DNA of 64,000 nucleotides, from positions 1,423,836 to 1,487,835 of the forward strand of contig NW_002060949.1 of NCBI RefSeq assembly GCF_000150275.1. Reading direction: 5' to 3'. Under the pieces are notes generated by a model. It searched no databases, was not told the origin of the DNA, and saw nothing but the letters and a program-made list of their open reading frames with translations. This document shows positions 54,001-64,000 of the stretch, piece by piece. This DNA is from Trichoplax adhaerens. Its lineage: Eukaryota; Animalia; Placozoa. Positions within the stretch are counted from its first letter, which is position 1, and the number at the start of each line of letters is the position of its first letter. The position numbers were made by a program, and so were the translations under genes.

Positions 54001-57000
54001 AGAATTTCTTTACAGATATATAAGAAGTTATATTAGTCATACGATTTTAGAATACAAATCACAAAATGTAAGATTCTAGCTCACGGAGGTGACGGTCTCG
54101 CTGATGGCTGTAAATTCTTCTTCGATGATAAATTAAACGATTTTCCGTTATTCTCTTTGAATGTGGCCAAATGTTCAGTTAGTGAATGTACCTTGCTGGA
54201 CTTTGGTGTTGCATTAGTAACATTGGAGGCAATTCCAACGGTATCTGTAAAAGATATGCAATTATTACTGTAAGTGACAGATAATTGTTTTATCGATATT
54301 AATTACTAGGATAGATAAGTGCAATTTGAAAGTATATAGTTTAGAAATTAACAAAAACTTTTCAAATTTCTATTTTATCTATTCACTAATATTTCTAACG
54401 TTAAACTCTAAGATTCACTTTGGTAGGGCAGGAGTTCTCTAATACTCGCCTTCCTGAGGAAAAGAACGCTTCTGCATGACTTTGTCGTCAGGAGAGGGCA
54501 AGTTAAAATCAAAGGCTTTAATTTTGTGATTACGAATTTGTGCAAGACTAGATATCTGCGTTTTAACCAAGACTAGAATACTGTTTTTACTAGAAATTAA
54601 ACTGGCAAACATCGATGGTTTGGCCAATTTCAATATTTCTTGTTTTTCACTGGATTCTGCAGTCTCCAATGTTTTGTCCAAATCATGAAAGTCTCCGATT
54701 TCAGATTGCATTACATCGTTCCATTTACGTGTCATTTCATCGATTGCATCATTAGACTGATTTAAAATTTGAGAACTACTAGAAGCCTTTGTGGCACTTA
54801 TTATTACTAGATTCTCATCTTGATTCTTAATTAACGACTCCTTCTGGAAAGCTATATTACTATCGATACAGGAGGACAAAATATCGTTTAAGTTAATATT
54901 AAGATTATCCCATGGCGACTGCTGGTTAATAGTGGTGCCTTCACTATTAACTAATGACTTCAAATCAACAAAATTTTCAAATATAAGGGAATTATTACTA
55001 TCACCGATTTGACGTATTGGTGATAATTGTAATTCAGTGTCTACATTTTCTGACAGACAAGATAATTCAGCTAATGCTGATAATGGTACATTAAGGTCAT
55101 TTTCAAGTTCAGTACTAAATATGGAATTTTGAGTATTAGCAATGGGCGATAAGTTTTCCAGCGTGATTGATGGATAGTTATCTAATCGATTTGCACCATC
55201 CGATACCAACTGGGTATTGCCTGCGTTATGGTACGTAAAATTTAATTGTTCATTATCTTTGGTGTGACGATCTGTAATTTTATGGTAATGAAAGTGCAAT
55301 TAGAAGCGTAGAATACTCATGCCCTGTAGTATGCAATGGTACTGTATTGCCGTATAAGTGTTTACTTTTCTGCATTTAATTAAAATTACTTTAAGGGGTC
55401 ATACACTTCAGTGTAAATGTTTACGAAAATAACATCACAAACTACAACATTTAATACTATATTTTAGTCATCGGCTCTATCACTTCAATAGTTAACGAAT
55501 GCAATAAAGGTACAAATGGATACATGAAAAAGCGAAAGCCGAAGTAATTGTACAGTAGTTATCTCATCAAATTATACCAATTGGCCTACAAACGATTGTA
55601 TCCATCGCTAAATTATTTGCTGTTAATATTTATACATCTTACCCGAGCTTAATCCAAAATTTTGCGCGTCTGCTTTATCTAAGCCTACAAGCAAAACATT
55701 CGAATATTGGATAACATTATAACAACAAAGGCACCGATATTCAATGCGCAGGTTTGCAAATTAAACTGCGCCAAAGGGTCTAATATCGAATTCTAAAACT
55801 AGATCTTAATCTTTAAATTGTATAATCCTTGACAGCATTGTCTGCATCACAAAACCCAATATTACTTACCTGAAATATCTGTAAAGTTTGGTTCTGTCGC
55901 TTCACCTGGTTAAGAAAGATTATACCATATTGACAAGTAAGATTAAATATATGCGACAATTTACATTCAGCAAGTTTATGCATCTTATATTATACAATAT
56001 ATCAGTCGAACTAGATGTTGCCAGTACTATACACACCTTCTGTCGAAAGGAGCCTATTCAATGCGGCTTCTACATTAAAATTCTCATTAATGACTACATT
56101 CACAACTCTCTTTTCGGAGATATCACCCATTATCGAGCGTATTTGATCCATGCATGCAAAAAGTTTTACTATCAAAACAGTTAAAAATTGTAGGGTAATT
56201 AGCGCAGTAGCTTCATTCGCATTATAGTCTATTGATACAATGTTCTATTCAACTCTAGATTTATTTATATGTTAGTACTTTTTTATTTGATGAAATTTTA
56301 TAGTTTAATGCAACTAATTAAGGTGATACAGTAGAAACACATGATATATCTTTCAGACACAGCAGTTTATTATATCGTGTTGCTGAAAGACGGAATGCTT
56401 ACGATATTCTTACTTTTGTTATCAGGAGATAATTTCAGGCGGCTATAATCGATAGAATCATCTAATAAAGATTCATCTTCATCTTCGTCAACTTTGTCTT
56501 TTTCTGCCGATTTTGTAATGTATTCACTAAGAAAATTAGACTGGTTCCCTCTTGATCTTGAATATATAAACTCCGCTTCTATAATAGTATTTTTTATAAC
56601 AAAATGTACACGTCATAGCAAATGTTAGTGAAATACCAAATTTAGTTCAATTACTTAATCCTATTTTAAAAACAATTATGAGTAGCAACTTGTAGCTATA
56701 ACGTACTGTACAGGCTAAGTGTGAGACCGTGAGTACTTTGCTGTACTGTATATCAAGAAGCCGTTAACGAAAACTTAGCTGATATATATAGACAATAGAC
56801 TCATTCCTGATACTAGAGGTTACCGATATAGTCCTTCAGTTAGTGTTTAGCGCAATATTATTGCGATATAGAAACAAAACTGCACTGTTCATCTTTGAAC
56901 TTGAATAAATTACAGGTCTGGGCATGCTATAACGTATTGCTATTGTACCGTATCTATCAAGGAGTACTAATATAGAGAAAAAAATTTACCGTATACATAT

Positions 57001-57925
57001 GAGCTAAAGATATTAATTTACTGTTGTACTCAACTTTCACTACTGTAATCACTTCATTAATATAGTCATTGCAACGTTTATATCTATCGATATGACGGAA
57101 TTCTCGACATAGTTTAACAAAGTTAAGAAAGTAACTTGCCTAAACTCGATGACAGCATACTATCTTCTTCCATAGATCTACCATAGACGTCGTCAGTGCA
57201 TTCTATAAATTCATATTTGTAACATTTTTTAACGGCAATACGTATTTTGTTTAAGATACCATAAATATCGCTTAGGTCGTATTTTAGCCAAATTGTTTAA
57301 GGTTATTAAGTTAAGTTAAAAGTTTAATGCATTCTACACGTTATTACGAATATATTTTAGTAAGTAATACTATTACAAATTGACATGGTTTGATTTGGAA
57401 TCAGTGCTGATGAGAAATTGATTGCCAACTATCTTAGATCATGACATAAAATAATACGAGATAGACATACAGTATAACTATTTGTTAAAGAGGATATATT
57501 TCCATTTATTCATTTAGCCAGGTATAAAGGGAAACGCATGTTTCAGTTGATAGACGTTATATCCTAGTTGATACACTATTGTATTTTATACATTGGACCA
57601 CCCTAGCGCACGACGGTGGTGACTAGTGGCTGCATACAGCAACGTACTTCTACGTATGATCTATTTCAATATCCTAGCGATTAACAACTCGCTCACTCTC
57701 TAGACAGCTACTTATTGCGTGATGAAATCCATAGTCATGATAAATTACTATACCTGATGTTCTATAATTATTATGATTATGCATCTATCCTGGCCTGGCA
57801 ATAAAAGGTGTAAACGACTACCACATTACGAATCAAAAGAGCAAAATAAGACAGTGTACAATCCTCTGTGGTCGTATCTTACCATCTTCATAGTGCATAT
57901 TGCGAACTGCCCTATGTCTAGCCAT
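51064..57925 (-). CDS. HBS1L: HBS1-like translational GTPase (Pelota partner), full-length isoform
   Basis: Exon 1 [14 protein letters not shown] (57883-57925), [11 protein letters not shown] (57140-57202), AEFIYSR, HBS1_N/UBA exon 56037-56168. GTPase motifs [45 protein letters not shown] and VNKLD; C-terminal [16 protein letters not shown]. The last micro-exon (FK*) is tentative. Confidence 0.95.
53446..53612 (-). other. U12-type (minor spliceosome) intron with AT-AA termini in HBS1L
   Basis: 5' end ATATCC; branch site TTCTTTAAC with the branch A ~11 nt from the 3' end; only this junction gives the in-frame MHK-YETES. Confidence 0.8.
54439..55271 (-). CDS. HBS1L: Alternative terminal exon of HBS1L encoding a Ski7-like (HBS1LV3-type) exosome-binding C-terminus
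   Basis: 833-nt open exon inside the HBS1L intron. Its acceptor ttacag|AT is in the same phase as the constitutive acceptor at 54244. It ends KPSMFASLI...[18 protein letters not shown]...*. Confidence 0.85.
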
Positions 57926-60900
57926 GGTGATGTTCCTCTTGTATTGAACTATTTCTCGTATGATAGCGTCTCCAACGTTTTGCAAACTAACATCAGCACC
58001 TGTGATAGCTGTTATTCTACTTCATCTATACTGTCAATCTCTTCTAATGACACAGATAGATGCTATAATACTATATACTATTAATTCCTACCAATGGGAT
58101 ATTACAACACTCTATCCACTGGCACAGGAAGACACTTTTTCTTGGGAAAGAACAAATCTCATGGTATACAGTATTCTGATTATTGATCACTAACTACTGT
58201 AGTGTATCATTAAGGCTTACTAAAGTACTTTTCAATACTGCTAACTAGGCACATCAACTATCCAATATCTCCTTTGAAATCAAATCCATTAATGGCAGAA
58301 AAAATCCACTTCGTCCTTGTGGTCTATGCTCAGGCCAGGCTAGTACAGGATGGCTAATTTTCCGTACAACATGTACAGTATGGGCAAATGATTACTGAGT
58401 GATACAATAATGCTTGCAACCAGTCTATTTATAGTAGACCACGACCGTGGGCTAGTGAGGCGCCTGTGGTTGACGCCAGCTCGATTGTACTGCGACGAGA
58501 CCGTGACGTTGGACTTGTTTAGTGGAAATGTCTTATACAGGACACAGTCAGTATCACGCGCTAATAGGAATAGACCTCTGTTTTTGATCATGTCTGGGTA
58601 ACATCCCTCAAAGTACAGTACAGTGAGGCGCGTTCAGATCAGAATACAGAGTACTGTGCCATTCTGTACTGTAGACTGTAACTGGGTAAACGTCAGTTGC
58701 TTCCAGCTGCATCACATATACAACATATACTGGGCATGAGCAGTAAAAGTCACGGCTATGACTATCCACCGCAGTCATTTGTACTGTATTGCAAAATGAA
58801 GAGGATATAGCACCAAAATTGCTATCCTAAATGGTAGTGAGAAATGACTGATTATTGGTATAGGGTTGTAAGAGTATTTCTACATAAAAATGTAGCCGTA
58901 AATCAAGTAAAAATCCTGTAAAATAACCAAACAGTGGTATAAGGAATCACGATCACTTTTGAACTTCTAACCAATATCGACTGTGCCTAGCTATCTGGTC
59001 ATGGCCTATACTGTATTATACAAGTATACTACGGTCATTTCAATTTCGTAGGCAGCTAAATATATCCCTGTTAGTAAAAGGTATAAGTACAGTCGGTACA
59101 CGCCAAGTATAACTAGCCAGGGATCGACTAGTATAATAAAAAAATACAAAACTACGCTATTACTTTAATGTAATGATAATAATGATGGGAATATTAATAT
59201 ACATGTACTGTACAGTGAACTGGAATTACTGTACTGAACACGCGAAGTAGTATAGTGGATACTTAGTAAATTACGTATCATTTCAATTTAACTATGCACT
59301 ATAGATACTATCGATAAATATCAGTAAATTACATGTCATTTTATTTATTTTAACTTCACTTGCGAAACCGCATATTTCTTCTATTTTGCAACAAATATGG
59401 CCAAAAGACGCATATGTAACGTATCCGTGCATATAGTAGTAACATGACTACATAAAAAGAATAATATCCGTGTCTATAGTATTTCACGATTAAAGATTGC
59501 AAATTTAGAGCACAGTACAGCACAGTATATTACGTAGATTGCATATACTGTACAGTACAAGGCACGCTGCAATACTAACCAAATGCAAGATTGTAGGCAA
59601 GCGCGCTTGTACAAAGTCAGTAGAAGAATAGTCGCATTTTTATCACCACTAGATTTCTCTTTGAATCTTGCGTCAAGAGTTTTCCATTGAAAACTGAAAA
59701 TAGCATTCCGCAATAATGTATAAATTCCTACAAGTTTAACTAGCAATTTCAACACCAATAAATTACACGACTATTTTTACACCTATTAAATCCAAAATAA
59801 CTATTTTCATTTATCAATTTGTTGTACTGTACAAGTGTTTTAATATACATAAAAAAGTGAAATAGAATTAACTTCAAGCAAAGTTTGGCTATTCTAACTA
59901 GGAATATCATATGGTGAATATACATATATAATATACGTATATGCGTCGTGTACAATACCTACAGTATATGTATACTGCATATAACAGTGTACAGCATTTG
60001 GGCTGCCTATGCCGTACAAATTCATTTGCCAATACAACACCTGCAATGTTCGCAATAATTTACATTGTACAGTTTAAATTTGTAAAGTAATTCAAGTAGT
60101 GTAGGTAAGAATTGTGTAGTACACCAGTCGCTATTCATAAAGTCGGATATTTTTTAAGGATTAAGAATTCCCCTTTCCTATTACAATGCTATTATGTATC
60201 AGTAAATATGCTATCACAATTACTATTGTTGAAACTATAATTGCAACATCAGAAAACCTTGCAGCATTGAGTCTTATTTGTAATAATAAAACAAAACATA
60301 CGTCATTTAATAGTGTACAAATTTTAAGGACGAGAGGCAAATTTTGAATTATTTAAATCAAATTATACATAAAGAGAAAATTTTAAAATAATATAAAAAT
60401 GAGGCATTGAAAAGTCATCATCTCGTCGAAATGTTAATATGCGCATGTTGTAAGTATTGTATAATTGTATAAAAATATCCGATGATTTAGTGCAGTAATA
60501 TTAATATTGATTCGATTAGCATCCATAGATCCTTGACAAAGCACTATCTATATGATTTGTGATTAACATAAATTTAATGCGAGAAATCAAAAAAAAACTT
60601 TATACAGAATTTCATACAGTAATACGTAGTTGGAGAATAAAATTTCAAATTAACCGTCAAAAGCTACCCTTCGCATGGCAGTTAAACTTTCTCTTTTTAT
60701 CTAACAGAAAAATATTAAAATTGCATCATTACTTTGTTAGACAATTTGGCGATTAATAGCACCTTGATAGAACTAATAGAAGGACTAATACTTATAGCCA
60801 GTTATTACACAACATGCATATTACTGCCGTGTTTTATACTAAACTGACTTGTACACTTACGTGTTAAATATTTTACCCATCTAGGTCTTGAAAATGAAAT

Positions 60901-63900
60901 TCAAGCTTGCAAATTAGGTTCTTTCAATTTTTCCGCAATATGTTGCGCAACTTTTTCTCTATCGTCCTTTAATTAATAACATCACAATAATTCTTATAAA
61001 CAAATTTTGCAAAATAGGCTCACATACCAGGGCCTAGAGGTTACTAAGAGCATAAAGTAACCATAGCAAGTTAATACTCCCTAATTTGGCATATACTAAC
61101 CTGCTTTATAAATCCATATAGAACTAATTCTTCCGCTAGTTTTGATAAATCTTCGTCTGTGTTTAATATATATTATATATTATTATTAGTGTAGGGTTTG
61201 CAATTCGAATTTAACAAATAATATGTAGCAAATAGAGTATTTATTTGTATATCCAATGACTCAACTAATCTTCCATGACGCAAATTAAATGTTGAAATTC
61301 ATTTTATTGTAAAGAAATAAAATTATTTAAAATATAGCGTAGGATTTCTCTTACTAACCTAATGATACATCACACGATAATTCCCTATTGATTTCATTTT
61401 CCATTTTAAGGGTGATCACAAGCTAATATATACGATCAAAAATTGTTATTTGATAAGAAAGAAAATTTCATTGATCAAAATTTTGGGCATAGTTTACTTA
61501 CATGTCTTTTGACTTCATCATCTTCGACGGCACGAATTGTACAATTAACAGATAATACTGATTTAGTCTCCTTACTATAGTGCTCACTATCAATTGATGG
61601 ATCATCTTTCGTCTTATCATCGGAGTCATCGCTGCTCGAAAGTAGAAACGGGTGTACTATATTTGAAAGGGTACATTAAATTATATAAACTATACTAGTT
61701 ACCACGTTACTAACCGTACTAAATCTTCATCCTTATAAACGGAAGTTAATGGATACAAGCCGCTCCTAATTATGATTGTCACCATTTGTAAATACTTCTT
61801 TGTTATAATTTAAAATCATATAACCAACCTCACTTCCTCTATATATTTTTCTAAATCAAGAGCTGGGGGCCCACTCGCATAACTATTCAAAATAGAGCAC
61901 TTATATATTAACATTTCTAGTACTTGTATTATTTTTGTACTGAATATCAACTACAAAAAATGATTACCCAAAATGAAATGGTTCGTCACTGCTTTTATAA
62001 GAAATATCTGCGGCAATTCCTTCCATTTGTGATAGAATAGCTAATGGAATACTATTCGAGTCTTCAGGTATTGCAACTAGATAATTTTCGATTAAAATGC
62101 AATTCCTTTTATGAAATGCTAACATAAATAAGATATTCAACCTCGACGAGTTAAGTACTTTCTGACTTTAACAATCTTTAAAGTTATCAATAAATATTAA
62201 ATAAAGTGCGCAACCAACCTTCTTTATCGACTATAGTATGCGCAGCTTGTAATTTTAAACTATGTACCTAGGTAATTTAATCACACGCCAAGGTTAGTAC
62301 AAATTATGCTACGATATTTTGTAATTTAAATACGAAGTGAAGTAACCTCAAAAAGAAATTTATCTAAAAGTAGCTCCTTAGCTGAAGGTCTCATTTCAGG
62401 CTTCTCCTGAAGACATCTTTGCAAAAATTTCTACGACGTATCATTAATACGACCGAGTTAAAACTTTCATTTAAGTTATCACAGCGTAAAATGTTTGTTT
62501 GTTATACGTCTTAGTTCTTACCAGTAAGTCAGTATTTTCTAGTGATTCAAGAGAGTTTTGGATAGATCCTCTATTCCAATAATTCATTGAAGGAGAAGGT
62601 TTTTTTCCACTTTTAGTATCAAAAAATTGCGTTGCAATCTAGTAACATATATAACCCGATATGTTAGATAAACTATACAGATAATGCTTATAAAATTAAA
62701 TTCGGTTACAGTTGTCTTATTGACAGCCTAGTCAGGATACGTAATTAAATAATACTAAGAAAACTTACCTCTAGGGCACAGATACCGAATGCATAAATGT
62801 CCACAGAAGTCGTTAAGATAGCTTCTTTGATGTCTGTGTATTATATTTGAAAGATTAAATTGCATATCGAGACTAGTAATTCGTCTAACAACTCTACTTT
62901 TATATAATTGTAGTTATAAATTACCATATTCTGGTGCTGCAGTAAACAAATTTTGCAGTTCCGATGGGGACCTAGATTTTGCATGGTAACTGATAGCTTC
63001 CGGGATCACTACAAAAATGTTATGTAATAGTTTTTTTTGCCGGTGTTTTAATCACCTAGATGTTAAGAAAGTCGATAATAATTCAAATTCAGCATTTACT
63101 TACCAGACCCAATCTTGATCAAGCCGTTGTGTTGAATATAGATCGTATCTAAGCTAAGATTTCCATGGATAATTGGTGGAGTGAATGACGCTAGATGGCT
63201 AAAGTTTTAAATAAAAATGGCAAGGAATCATAAATATTGGCGATAGTCTCATCAAAACCTACTTACTTATTGTGTCATATGTATTCATATTATCTGGTAG
63301 TTATCTAGTGAAGCAATATTGCTTTACAAAATTTAGATATAGAGACATACTCTAAGGCAGAAAGAATTTGTCGACACCAACGCTTAAATAACTGCGATAT
63401 AATAATATAAAAAATTAAATTAATTAGAGATTGCGTTTCTCTAGTAAAACCATCAATTGTGACTAATAAATATCCTAGATGTTACGCACCTTTTCCTGTA
63501 AAAGTCCTTTTTGGTTCTTCTTCGTTTTCTTTAAAAATTGCTTTAGAGAACCAGACGTCATGTATTCCGTAATAAACGTTATCTATTATAGAAGCAGACA
63601 TGAAAGAATTTATACGAATGATTAATTTCGAAATTTCGGCCGGTAAATTTAATTGTGCTTTAGAAACTAATTTATATGAATATCATAACTAAGACTTACA
63701 CGAGCTTTCTTTTTCACTTCATCATTATGCGTCCAATAATGATAGAACTCAACAATATTGTTGTGCTAAATTCATTAATATTAGTCAAGTAAAAAATTTC
63801 TGATCAGTTTACCCTAGCTACAATTTCATACTGGTCAAAACATGATAATTTATAATTTAATAATCTAGTATAGTTTGTTATTTATGCAAAATGACAATTT

Positions 63901-63975
63901 AACTATAGCAATGTTAAGAAGACATACATTACCTCTAGTTTAGTTAGGCTGTCGAAGAATTTTATCATCTTTTTG
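60901..63975 (-). CDS. NRBP1: Nuclear receptor-binding protein (NRBP/Madm pseudokinase), 5'-truncated by the window edge
   Basis: Spliced exons give HNNIVEFYHYW, FITEYMTSGSLKQFLKKTKKN, KRWCRQILSAL, PPIIHGNL...IYIQHNGLIKIGSV, VDIYAFGICALE, BC-box-like VHSLKLQAAH, GLYPLT, NRELSC and LAEELVLYGFI; stop at 60901-60903. Confidence 0.95.
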
Positions 63976-64000
63976 TTGGATTAAAAATAAGTCATAGTTA

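Noticed and set aside
63970-64000. Possible AC acceptor (second U12 intron) before the first visible NRBP exon
   Set aside because: The donor lies outside the window, no well-placed branch site is visible, and an in-frame AAG acceptor is available.

Overview
AT-rich, intron-dense eukaryotic DNA with compact genes and (TACTG/CAGTA)n-rich intergenic tracts, most consistent with an early-branching animal such as a placozoan (Trichoplax-like). The organism call is inference, not proven. Genes were reconstructed by manual splicing, in order: ASXL/Asx (-), GALE-1 (+), COX6C (-), GALE-2 (-), a divergent multi-exon gene ending in a RAD51-interacting motif (RAD51AP2-like, -), HSP70-1 (-), an XK-related scramblase (+), HSP70-2 (-), a four-Tudor TDRD-like gene (+), HBS1L (-) and a 5'-truncated NRBP pseudokinase (-). 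Highlights: (1) HBS1L carries a nested Ski7/HBS1LV3-like alternative terminal exon, a U12-type intron with rare AT-AA ends and a GC-AG intron. (2) The RAD51AP2-like C-terminal exon is missed by the ORF track. (3) The two HSP70 genes are near-identical from promoter to stop codon but have old, diverged 3' flanks, suggesting gene conversion. (4) GALE-2 has WbpP-like substrate-loop substitutions. (5) The XKR has a caspase-3-type DDIDG site and a PDZ-type tail. (6) Pentamer islands coincide with gene 5' ends. (7) The gene set maps to one human paralogon. No tRNA, rRNA, CRISPR array or recognisable transposon was found.
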